In this document: positions 9,984 to 18,626 of the stretch, in pieces
How the letters are laid out: each line of letters begins with the position of its first letter
How positions within the stretch are numbered: position 1 is the first letter of the stretch
Assembly: GCA_963668175.1 (NCBI GenBank)
Contig: OY764159.1
Location: forward strand, 512,001 to 576,000
DNA length: 64,000 nucleotides
Source: Syntrophales bacterium
GTDB taxonomy: Bacteria; Desulfobacterota; Syntrophia; Syntrophales; PHBD01
Direction: 5' to 3'
Program-made: the position numbers and the translations under genes
Notes under the pieces: model-generated
Seen by the model: the letters and a program-made list of their open reading frames with translations, nothing else
The model's database searches: none
Told to the model about the DNA's origin: nothing

Positions 9984-10639
9984 AAAGAACGCTGTCGATT
10001 TTTGCCTTTATAATGGTCATAACCGGCTGCTCGTCTCACTCGGTGCCGGACTGGAAGAATATCGGTTACAACCAGTTGGAGAATTACAAGAAGAACTACC
10101 TGACCGGCAGGGACTTCATAGCAGAGACCAACTTCCGGAAGGCCACCGACGAGATCAAGAACAGCGGCGATCTGGATACTTTGGCCAAGGCTTATCTGAC
10201 CAAATTCGGCGTCCAGACCGCTGTACTGGAAACATTTCGTGACGATGAATATCTTGACATTGAAGAGATTTTACCCAATCCCGACTATCTGAATTTCTTC
10301 AACTTCCTTCGCGGCATCATCGCGTATGTAGACGGCGGCCGCCTGCCCTCCCGTTATCGCGGCGTCTATCGCGCCATCCAGGCGAAAGACACCGCAGAGC
10401 TTGAAAGACAGATCAACGGCATCGATGATCCGTTGTCGCGATTAATCGCCACAGGCGTCGCCGTCAAACAGCAATGTTATAACGAATCGATCCTCAAGGT
10501 CGCTGTGGATACGGCTTCAGCCAACGGATGGCGAAAGCCCCTTCTGGTCTACCTGGCCCAGCTCCAATTGCTTTATGAAAAAGATAAATCCGCGGAAAAG
10601 GCGGACAAGACCCGCAAGACGATCCTGCTCCTTAAATAA
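9980..10639 (+). CDS. Hypothetical lipoprotein in the MCE operon
   Basis: Lipobox ITGC; ATGA overlap with the MlaD-like gene. Confidence 0.75.
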   Translation: MKRTLSIFAFIMVITGCSSHSVPDWKNIGYNQLENYKKNYLTGRDFIAETNFRKATDEIKNSGDLDTLAKAYLTKFGVQTAVLETFRDDEYLDIEEILPNPDYLNFFNFLRGIIAYVDGGRLPSRYRGVYRAIQAKDTAELERQINGIDDPLSRLIATGVAVKQQCYNESILKVAVDTASANGWRKPLLVYLAQLQLLYEKDKSAEKADKTRKTILLLK

Positions 10640-10721
10640 CGCGGGTCCGGTAACGTCAGCGAATGACCATTGACATAAGCGCTTAAACCGTGTTAGGCCT
10701 CGCCGGTAAGTTTCAGGATAT

Positions 10722-10798
10722 GCCCCCGTAGCTCAGTAGGATAGAGCAACGGATTCCTAATCCGTGTGCCGGGCGTTCGAATCGCCCCGGGGGCACCA
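10722..10798 (+). tRNA. tRNA-Arg (anticodon CCT)
   Basis: GCCCCCG/CGGGGGC acceptor stem, D arm, ACGGA-TTCCTAA-TCCGT anticodon arm, GTTCGAATC, encoded CCA. Confidence 0.97.
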
Positions 10799-10846
10799 AT
10801 TATATCAATAAGTTATACGAACACTCCTTACTTCTTCGGCTGCTTC

Positions 10847-10866
10847 TTCTACCCTATTTCTACCCC
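10847..10866 (+). repeat. Putative integrase arm-type site, left
   Basis: TTCTACCCTATTTCTACCCC, identical to 23455-23474; tandem TTCTACCC units. Confidence 0.75.
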
Positions 10867-11057
10867 ATATTCATTTCCCGCAGTATCGGGCATTCTATTG
10901 ATTTTTGTAGATAAATATTTTATTTATTTGCTATCCATTTCTTCATGCTATACAACTAGCCGATTGGATAATGCTTCATGTGTATGTGCTTTAATTGTCC
11001 TTGGTTTCCAGAAGACCTAGTCATTGATTCGATTTTGCCTTTAATGGAGGGAACAAG

Positions 11058-12674
11058 ATGGCAGATGCAGCAATTAAACCATCGGAATCGCTCACGCTAA
11101 TAGAATCAGATAAACCGAAAAAAGCGAAAGTTTTTGAGGAAATAAAGGCTCGTCAAACAGATGAATTGGTAATCGCTTTCTGCGGACCTCTCGGTAGTGG
11201 CGTCAGCACTGTGGCTAAAGAATTTGAAAAGAAAATTCGATCATATACCTATGGAACTCATTATTTAAAAGTTAGCAATTTGATTCGTCAGCATATCGAC
11301 TTGGTTCCTGGACATCCACCTATTCCTACAAGTGATAATCCTGCTGAGGTAATTGAGGCTCTACAAGATGCCGGCAATGCCCTAAGAAGAAAATATGGCA
11401 ATGATATTTTATCGCAGTTCGCGATTAATGAGATTGCTATAAAACGAGAAGACCTTGAAAAATCAGAAAATGCTAAAAAAGTAGAGGGGATAGAAAAAGC
11501 GGCAGAAGTTAAAGAAGAAGACTCAACTGTGAAATCAAAACCGCGACGGCATGTGACAGTCATTGACAGCATAAAACATCCCGAGGAAGTTGGACTGCTC
11601 AAAGCTGTTTATGGTAACATGTTTTATCTATTCGCGATATTATGCCCCGAACAGATTCGAAAACACCGCCTAAACGAACATAAGGACATTCCTGATGGTC
11701 AAGAAGTTGCTTTGATGAAAAGAGATAAGTCCGAATCGGAAGGCTTTGGACAGCAGTTACTAGACACCCTCCACTATGCTGATTTCTATATTCGTAACGC
11801 CGATGTGAATGTCACTTTACTGCAAGACAGCGTTAAGCGTTATATCGATCTAATACTTGGAGACCAATTTATCACGCCTTCCACTGATGAATACGCCATG
11901 TATTGCGCACAGTCGGCAGCGCTGAAATCATCTTGCCTTTCACGGCAGGTTGGTGCTGCGATTATGAGTGAAGACGGGGAATTAATATCAACGGGATGTA
12001 ATGACGTTCCGAAATGTGGTGGCGGATATTATTCCGAAAGAGACAAGGAAAATGATGGCAGATGCATGAAGTTATATGGTCAGCAATGCAAAAACCAAGA
12101 ATTCAAGGATAAAATTATTCAAGCTATCGAAAATGCTCTTTTGCCTTATCTCAGCGATGTCACAAAAAGAACGGAAGCTATGGATAAAATTAAAGAGATC
12201 GAAAGACTGAAAAATATTTTAGAATTCTCAAGGTCTGTCCACGCGGAAATGGACGCTATAGTCAACATCGCCCGTCTTGGCAACGCATCCTTAAGAAACG
12301 CGGCTCTCTATTGTACGACTTTTCCATGTCATCATTGTTCGCGCCATATAGTTGCATCTGGAATAACAAAAGTCTACTACATAGAACCTTACGAAAAAAG
12401 CTTGGCTCGACAATTACATAACGATGCTATTGATTTTGATCCTAAAGTTAATGGCTCCCCTGGAAATAAAGTCATTTTTATCCCCTTTGAGGGGGTCGCC
12501 CCGAGACAGTATATGAATCTTTTCAAAGCAGGTGAAAGAAAGGTAGGTGGTAAAAAAGTCGAACAAGATTTGACTCAATCCAAACCACGGGTTGTACAAC
12601 TTCTCGACACACACGTTGATTATGAGACAAAAGTTGTCAAACATGTTAAATTAATTATACAAAATAAGACTTGA
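11058..12674 (+). CDS. Anti-phage dCTP deaminase (P-loop kinase plus deoxycytidylate deaminase; AvcD/Dcd type)
   Basis: GPLGSGVST P-loop, IDSIKHPEEV, SSCLSRQVGAAI, HAE and PCHHC Zn motifs, FEGVAPRQY. Confidence 0.92.
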   Translation: MADAAIKPSESLTLIESDKPKKAKVFEEIKARQTDELVIAFCGPLGSGVSTVAKEFEKKIRSYTYGTHYLKVSNLIRQHIDLVPGHPPIPTSDNPAEVIEALQDAGNALRRKYGNDILSQFAINEIAIKREDLEKSENAKKVEGIEKAAEVKEEDSTVKSKPRRHVTVIDSIKHPEEVGLLKAVYGNMFYLFAILCPEQIRKHRLNEHKDIPDGQEVALMKRDKSESEGFGQQLLDTLHYADFYIRNADVNVTLLQDSVKRYIDLILGDQFITPSTDEYAMYCAQSAALKSSCLSRQVGAAIMSEDGELISTGCNDVPKCGGGYYSERDKENDGRCMKLYGQQCKNQEFKDKIIQAIENALLPYLSDVTKRTEAMDKIKEIERLKNILEFSRSVHAEMDAIVNIARLGNASLRNAALYCTTFPCHHCSRHIVASGITKVYYIEPYEKSLARQLHNDAIDFDPKVNGSPGNKVIFIPFEGVAPRQYMNLFKAGERKVGGKKVEQDLTQSKPRVVQLLDTHVDYETKVVKHVKLIIQNKT

Positions 12675-12772
12675 ATTTTTTTATCATCTGCTTTATCCAT
12701 TAGTGGATAGTAAATCTTATTATTTAAGGGGGAAGCTCATTTAATTTATTGCCTTGCTGAGAGGAGATAATT

Positions 12773-12988
12773 ATGAGCACTAAAATGAAAAAGAACACTA
12801 TGGCAGAACAGTTATCATTACCTCTCTTAGACATGACTTCAGATCATGTCCAGCTTACCATTACTCAGAATAATGTCGTAATGTTTGGTCACCATCATTC
12901 AAAATGTGAATTTTCGAAGCGCGATCTTCAAAAGCGAGAATTGATAATCAATAAGCTCATTGCGCACGCAGATAAATTAGGATGGTAG
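12773..12988 (+). CDS. 71-aa microprotein with QLSLPL clamp-binding-like motif
   Basis: GAGGAG RBS upstream; co-oriented 98 bp after the deaminase; ends IINKLIAHADKLGW. Confidence 0.7.
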   Translation: MSTKMKKNTMAEQLSLPLLDMTSDHVQLTITQNNVVMFGHHHSKCEFSKRDLQKRELIINKLIAHADKLGW

Positions 12989-13265
12989 ATACTCCCTAAG
13001 TTATTTTAGACCGATTCATCTTGCTACTGAACAACTTGTGGCAACTGTTGGATAGACAGCCTTGATTTCTTAAATTCAGACGTTATGGTCGTTGTTCTGT
13101 TTGACCGATGACTGAATATCTGTGATTGTTTTCTTGTTCTTTAGTCGATAAATTCATTCGCGGTCCAGCCAGCCCTGCCTCTAGATTTTCCCGTCTTGAC
13201 CCGGACCTTCAAGATCGTCCAACTCTTCTCAATAACAAGCACTCGTGTGCCTTTTGGAGTTGCCC

Positions 13266-14114
13266 CTATTTCACCGGACACTGTTCTAACTTATTTTGAT
13301 GTCTCCTATACTCCCTGGGCGACATCATTTTCAATCCCTTGTGCGGATGGTTTTCATTGTAGTCTAAGAACCATCCGGGCAGTTGCTTCATGACCGTTTC
13401 GGCATCAGTCAGGATATTCAGATGAATATAATCCCTCTTGAAGGTCTTGACAAAGGATTCGGCCATTCCGTTCGATTCCGGGCTATAGAACGGGGTCGTG
13501 CAAACCTCAAGCCCCATCATCTGCCCAAAGCTTTTCGTTTCCCTGGCGGTGTACGCAGGACCATTATCGCTCAGCCACTGGATTCTGTGAGGCAGCCGAT
13601 TGATCATACCGAAACGGGCCTCAATGGCTTCCGCCATCAAGTCCCTGACCATGTCGCCGGATACGCCCCCTGTCGTGGCTACATAACTCATGATTTCCCT
13701 GTCGCAACAATCCATGCTGAACGCTACCCGGAGACGGTCCCCATTCCAGCAGGCAATCTCAAACGCATCGGAACACCAACGAAGATCGCTCCGTCTCGTC
13801 GTGACCTTGCCCTCGTGAAGCCTTGCCGGCCTACCCGTATGCCGCTGAAGAAGCAGATTGTGCATCTTCATGAGACGATAAATCCGTTTGGGGTTAACTC
13901 CCGGATGCCCCTGACGTTCCAGAAACCTGTTGATTCTTGCCGTTACTCTCCGATAGCCGTAACTGGGACGATTATCAATAACCTGCCTGATCAGAAGAAG
14001 ATATCTGCCATCGTCGCCTCTCCTGTAATGGCGGCTTCTCGAATCGGCTTCCTTCCCTTGCCTTTCGTACTGCCGGGAACGGGAAACGTCCAGCGTATCG
14101 ACAACCGTCTTCAT
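13266..14114 (-). CDS. IS3-family transposase OrfB (DDE)
   Basis: YGYRRV, WCSD, LSDNG, SPESNGMAESFVKTFK. Confidence 0.95.
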   Translation of the reverse strand: MKTVVDTLDVSRSRQYERQGKEADSRSRHYRRGDDGRYLLLIRQVIDNRPSYGYRRVTARINRFLERQGHPGVNPKRIYRLMKMHNLLLQRHTGRPARLHEGKVTTRRSDLRWCSDAFEIACWNGDRLRVAFSMDCCDREIMSYVATTGGVSGDMVRDLMAEAIEARFGMINRLPHRIQWLSDNGPAYTARETKSFGQMMGLEVCTTPFYSPESNGMAESFVKTFKRDYIHLNILTDAETVMKQLPGWFLDYNENHPHKGLKMMSPREYRRHQNKLEQCPVK

Positions 14115-14488
14115 CGGGAATCGTCCTCCGGCAACAACGGCAACCGCGAGATCAGTTTTTTTTCACGGGCAATCCGGACAGCCTCTCTTAATATCTCCAC
14201 CTCCATTGTCTTTTTGCCCAGAAGACGCTCCAACTCCCGGATCTGCTTCTTCAGTTCTCTGGCTTCCGATGCAGGAACGACGCCTTCATCTGCACCAACC
14301 GCCGACAGAGCCCCTTCTTCGGCAAGCCTGCGCCAGTGGAACAACTGGTTCGGATGGATGTCATACTTCCGGGCTACAGCCGAGATGCTCATTCCCGGCT
14401 GCTCCGCCTCCCGCACCATCGACTTCTTCTCGGCAGCCGACCAGCGACGTCGCCTCTGTACACCGACGATCACTTCTACAGGAACCAT
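14111..14488 (-). CDS. IS3-family OrfA (HTH); A8 frameshift site at 14156-14163
   Basis: RRRRWSAAEK, SISAVARKYDI, LERLLGKKTMEVEIL; GAAAAAAAAC slippery run. Confidence 0.92.
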   Translation of the reverse strand: MVPVEVIVGVQRRRRWSAAEKKSMVREAEQPGMSISAVARKYDIHPNQLFHWRRLAEEGALSAVGADEGVVPASEARELKKQIRELERLLGKKTMEVEILREAVRIAREKKLISRLPLLPEDDSR

Positions 14489-15036
14489 AAACACCTTCTT
14501 TCTGGTTGTAGTAATATCTCTATATCTATTCCTACAACTTATTTCCAGATTCAAAGTGTCCGGTTCAATTGGGGGCTACTTCACTTTTTCGGCGAAGAAA
14601 CACTGTTGGATCAGGACCAGCTCTATCATTCCATCCCTGTCGTTCGCGACGGAAGCCTTAATCCAGTTGTCATAGGCATCTTGAGATACGCATAAGGCGA
14701 TCAGCTTGGGTTTGACAGTGCCTTCGGTTCCGACCATCGGCGCTGCTTGGGCAGTCGAGCAACAAATGAGAAGACATAATGCTGTGATGATTTTGTACAT
14801 GATAAGCTCCTTTCTGTATGGGGTGTTGTTATCCGCCTTCTCTGTTTCAAGGAAGATTCGTCGGCTTTCAGGATTTTGGGGATTGATGTTTGTGCGGGTG
14901 TTGAATTTAGGAACGGGTGTTTTTCGCCCATAATATCCGCGCGAAGGGCTCTGTCGTGCGGCAAGGTCATTTCTGAGGAAGCCACCCGGGGGTGGGTACC
15001 AGTCACTGGGGCAATCGTTCATCCGTTCCGCTTACG

Positions 15037-15723
15037 TTAGTTCCAGAGCCCTTTTATCTGTGATTGAATCGCTTCGTCCGTAACATCAGCGTAAACAAGA
15101 GTTGATTGTATCGACATATGCCGGAGCTGCTTCTGTACTGCCCGGAGGTCCTTCTCTTTGGAATACAGTTCGACGGCGTAGCTATGGCGCAGGGCATGAA
15201 CAGATTTTCCTTTCTCGTATAGATCAAGCTCCCGCAGATATTTTTTGACGATCTGCTGAATAGCTTGGGGCGTCCATGCCCCTCGCTGCCCGACAAAGAG
15301 ATGATCGTCATCGCCTACGGGCTCGCCCTGACTGATTTTCCACGCTTTAAACGCTTTAAAATGACGTTTAAGCGCTTCCGTAATAACGACATGCCCCGAT
15401 ATAGCCCCCTTACCTTTACGGACATGTATTTTGCTGTCGGCGTAGCCGATCTTTAAATCCCCGCAGCGGAGATCGGCTGCTTCGGATACCCGGAGACCCG
15501 CCGATGTCAATAAGTCGATCACCATCCATTCACGGATCGCCGTGACCTTGTTCTTCTGCACGTCAAGCTCTGCCTCTTCCCTTGCTCGTCGTCGGAGCAT
15601 CTTGATCTGCTGTGCGCTAAAGTACTTGATGCCGTCGACGCTTCGCCCTTGTTTGACTCGCGCCCTGCTTCTCGTTGTGACAGCAGGGAATCGAACGATA
15701 CTTGCCGTCTGATCCATGTTCAT
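15037..15723 (-). CDS. Short tyrosine recombinase (catalytic domain only)
   Basis: GLRVSE, KG, HALRH, LRH, VYA catalytic set in 228 aa; no N-terminal SAM/arm domain. Confidence 0.9.
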   Translation of the reverse strand: MNMDQTASIVRFPAVTTRSRARVKQGRSVDGIKYFSAQQIKMLRRRAREEAELDVQKNKVTAIREWMVIDLLTSAGLRVSEAADLRCGDLKIGYADSKIHVRKGKGAISGHVVITEALKRHFKAFKAWKISQGEPVGDDDHLFVGQRGAWTPQAIQQIVKKYLRELDLYEKGKSVHALRHSYAVELYSKEKDLRAVQKQLRHMSIQSTLVYADVTDEAIQSQIKGLWN

Positions 15724-15946
15724 GTGCTGGCTCCTTTCTGTGCTGATAAGTTTTCTGTTGAGTTTTTGCCCCCGATTGAGACGATAAAATCACGCTTTTC
15801 TGCTCCTAAGTGTTGGATACTCAATAGAAAAGAGTAATTTTATGTTGTCTTTCTCACAGATAGGAACGGGCTGTCAACCGGATTATTCCACAATATTGAA
15901 TAGATGGAGGTTATTCTGGGAGTGACTGGTTGATTAGTTGAAAATT

Positions 15947-15978
15947 AGCGGGAGGGTCAATATATCAACCCTCCCGCT
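15947..15978 (-). terminator. Hairpin terminator after the DUF2188 gene
   Basis: AGCGGGAGGGT-N10-ACCCTCCCGCT, 9 bp past the stop. Confidence 0.7.
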
Positions 15979-15987
15979 TGTTGAAGT

Positions 15988-16218
15988 TTACCCTTTAGGG
16001 GGATATGGATCGTGACCGTGACTATCTCGCCAAGCTATTTTGCCGTCTTTGTTATGAACGATCATTTCGGTTTCCTGATGTTGGCTAATTTCTCGTGCAC
16101 GATCAACGGCATCCTGTTTATGATCAAAATGCCCAGAAGAGCGTTCCGATCCGCCTTTTCTTATATCCCAACCACCCTTGTCAGAGTTTGGCACAACGTG
16201 ATGAGAACCTTTTCCCAT
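15988..16218 (-). CDS. DUF2188-family small protein
   Basis: HHVVP..GGW.I, KQDAVDRARE, IVHNKDGKI, DSHGHDP; GGAGG RBS. Confidence 0.88.
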   Translation of the reverse strand: MGKGSHHVVPNSDKGGWDIRKGGSERSSGHFDHKQDAVDRAREISQHQETEMIVHNKDGKIAWRDSHGHDPYPPKG

Positions 16219-16310
16219 GGTGAATCCTCCGTTAGTTATTTGTGTCCCCTCTTTTGGAACCAGGCAGGGGACAAACCTGGGCCATGAGATCATGGCATAT
16301 TTTCAGCTAA

Positions 16311-16460
16311 TCACTTCTCGTAAACCGGAATTTTCCATGCCTTCAAACCATGATCCCTTGCGTAATCTCGGCGTCCATCTCTGCGGGTAACCCATATTCG
16401 ATAAATGAAGTATAGGATCCGGCGTCGCCTACTGTAATGATCGCTATGATCTCGATCCAT
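16311..16460 (-). CDS. 49-aa micro-ORF absent from the ORF track
   Basis: MDRDHSDHYSRRRRILYFIYRIWVTRRDGRRDYARDHGLKAWKIPVYEK; co-oriented between ImmA-like and DUF2188 genes. Confidence 0.6.
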   Translation of the reverse strand: MDRDHSDHYSRRRRILYFIYRIWVTRRDGRRDYARDHGLKAWKIPVYEK

Positions 16461-16668
16461 GGAGACCTTGCCTTTCTCTGGAAAAGTAAAATATTGCTTG
16501 ACAAATTCGGCCCCGGTGATCTACTGAGAGACGGCTAAAAATAAATAAGGGTCGGCGGTCCGTGTCTCTGACACGATCAGAGAATTTCCCACACCGAAGA
16601 GGCTTCCAGAACCTTTGAATGTGGTCCGCTGATGACGAAAAATAAGGGGTCGGCAAACCCCTTATTTT

Positions 16669-17253
16669 TTATCGTAATTTTAACGTCTTAAGTCGTGTTC
16701 TCACAAAAGCAGGATTTACATCGAACATCTCCGCGAAATCCTTATCAGAAAACCCCCTTTCATATCCTTTAACGACTAAATGCCTTGGCATAAGACATGA
16801 TCGTGCGAATTCCCAAGCCTGCCACTCAGGATCTTGGTACGTTTTAATCTGACTTTTCTCCACTCGATAAAGAATGTTCGTTTCCTCTTTCGATACAGCT
16901 CGGAAATAACTGAGAATTGGCACATGATGAATGCAATGAAATGATTCATGAGCAACCGTTGTTCTAAACCGCCGTAAGCCAGGTTTATGAGTTGCGTCGC
17001 TCAACGTTTTATCAACTATACTGATACGATTCACTGAGTCAGTATAACCGATAATCCCTGCCCCCAGATTCGAGAGATCAGTGTAGCCAGTCCTGACCTC
17101 ATGTTGTTCCGGGATGATGCACTCATAGAAGTATTCAATATCAACCGGTTCTTTTCCCTCCAATGCTCGCGGCTGAATCTCTTTGAGGACATCGATCACC
17201 ATTTTTTCTATATCGCGTCTGCGTAATCCCGGAACAACGGTAACCTTTTTCAT
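16669..17253 (-). CDS. ImmA/IrrE-family Zn metallopeptidase
   Basis: RFRTTVAHESFH (HExxH), EWQAWEFARSCLMP. Confidence 0.9.
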   Translation of the reverse strand: MKKVTVVPGLRRRDIEKMVIDVLKEIQPRALEGKEPVDIEYFYECIIPEQHEVRTGYTDLSNLGAGIIGYTDSVNRISIVDKTLSDATHKPGLRRFRTTVAHESFHCIHHVPILSYFRAVSKEETNILYRVEKSQIKTYQDPEWQAWEFARSCLMPRHLVVKGYERGFSDKDFAEMFDVNPAFVRTRLKTLKLR

Positions 17254-17624
17254 TCTCGTTTCCTCGTGAGCGTTTCAAGAGCAGTCGTAAATGCTTTCTT
17301 CAATATCGCGTCATCAGAGGTATCTTCAACGGCGCGGCAAAATCCCCATGCTAAATCAGGATCAGAATTGTAAATCTTATCGATGATTGGCGAATTTTTT
17401 CTCATACGTTCCATCTGAGCCGATTCCTTTATCTTTTCGGAATCCAATCCTAAAACACTTGCCAGATTTTTTAGAATCTCCTCATTTTTCGGTGGTAATC
17501 GTCTTCCTGATTCGATCTCTGACCAAAAGCTTGGCTGCCCTCCTATCTCTTTACTGAGTTGCCGTAATGTCATTCCTTTTTGACGTCTCGCTTTTGCCAT
17601 GAGTTCACCGAAATTAATCTTCAT
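17250..17624 (-). CDS. XRE-family HTH repressor (ImmR-like)
   Basis: FGELMAKARRQKGMTLRQLS..SEIESGRRLP; ATGA coupling to the peptidase gene. Confidence 0.9.
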   Translation of the reverse strand: MKINFGELMAKARRQKGMTLRQLSKEIGGQPSFWSEIESGRRLPPKNEEILKNLASVLGLDSEKIKESAQMERMRKNSPIIDKIYNSDPDLAWGFCRAVEDTSDDAILKKAFTTALETLTRKRE

Positions 17625-17659
17625 GAACTGACCTCCCTTCGATTTCGGTTTAGTTATTC

Positions 17660-17734
17660 ATTCACCTCCTTTGTGAATATCCTTATATTCCTTTTGAAAT
17701 TTCTTGTCAAGAAAAAATTCACATCGAATGTGAA
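17660..17734 (-). promoter_or_regulatory. sigma70 promoter flanked by two TTCAC-N7-GTGAA operators
   Basis: Minus strand TTGACA-N17-TATAAG; palindromes at 17661-17677 and 17718-17734. Confidence 0.7.
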
Positions 17735-18227
17735 CGGCCTGTCAAGGTGAGCTTTCTTGGACGATCAGTTTTCCTCGGAGTCTTAATAACAGCCGTGATT
17801 TTCAGGGCTTTAGAAAGAAGGCGATGGGGTATGCTTTAGAATCCAGAAAATACTATTTGAAAAGAAAACCCTGGCGGCAAAAGAGGTCGATCTGGCAGGC
17901 TTCCATGTATCGGGGACAATCATAATCCGTCGCACTTTCAGTGATGGAATCATCCAGACACTGAATCCCTGCGAGGCAGTCTCCGACAGCATTCCTGCGA
18001 GAACACTCCTTCCCATTAGCTTATACTGATCGAGCATACTATTCGAAGCTACCCGGATTTTGGTCAGAATCCACTGGGGTGCCTCGTCTGAAACATACAG
18101 TGAATTACCCCGCCCCTTGGGGCGGGGTTTCTTAAACAATTTAACCTTAAGGGATTGCAACTCAAGCTTCGAATGCATCCCGGTCCATACGTTAATGTGT
18201 TCAATGAGTGGGCTTTAATAAGCATCA

Positions 18228-18626
18228 TTATAAATTTTTCTTTCGATTTTTTATTTCCCATTCAATGCTATCGCTAAAAGCCTGTTCTAGTTTTTTGTAT
18301 TTCCTTACCGGCGGATTTCCTTGCATGAGGAATATTTGACCTTCCGGACCAAGCACCACCCATCCTACTGCTTGAAAAAATAGCCCACTTTTAAATTCAA
18401 ATGTATCGTATGCTAGGCGCTCGTTTGTGCGCATATCATCGACCATAACCGGCAATGTCATCGACGTAGGAAAGAACACACCGACTGAAATAAAGATATT
18501 TTTAATAGTTCCATCATGCTCTGGAGGATAATCATGGCTCCAATCGTGCGCCGCATTATCTTGCACGGTAACTCTGATGTTATAGCAGGAGAGATTTTTA
18601 ACCCATAAGCTTCCTAAAACTGACAT
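18228..18626 (-). CDS. Hypothetical protein
   Basis: 132-aa ORF with AGGAGG RBS; no recognised motif. Confidence 0.6.
   Translation of the reverse strand: MSVLGSLWVKNLSCYNIRVTVQDNAAHDWSHDYPPEHDGTIKNIFISVGVFFPTSMTLPVMVDDMRTNERLAYDTFEFKSGLFFQAVGWVVLGPEGQIFLMQGNPPVRKYKKLEQAFSDSIEWEIKNRKKNL

Larger units (their letters stand above)
13255..14583 (-). mobile_element. IS3-family (IS2-like) insertion sequence, 1329 bp
   Basis: Imperfect terminal IRs TGGAGTTGCCCCTATTTCACCGGACACT / AGTGTCCGGTTCAATTGGGGGCTACTTCA; 4-bp TSD CTTT at 13251-13254 and 14584-14587. Confidence 0.95.
13141..14800 (-). pseudogene. Secreted SH3-like protein (108 aa) split by the IS
   Basis: Removing the IS and one CTTT copy restores the frame: MYKIITALCLLICCSTAQA...CFFAEKGTRVLVIEKSWTILKVRVKTGKSRGRAGWTANEFID*; AAGGAG RBS. 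Confidence 0.85.

Noticed and set aside
10766..11020. 84-aa ORF (and 23498-23728)
   Set aside because: They overlap the tRNA/att and arm sites and are probably spurious
13383..14675. 430-aa plus-strand ORF
   Set aside because: Antisense shadow of the IS transposase
14801..15022. N-terminal extension of ORF 14576-15022
   Set aside because: The RBS and signal peptide place the start at 14800
17810..18178. 122-aa ORF
   Set aside because: It runs through the palindrome and has no RBS or motif; cannot be supported
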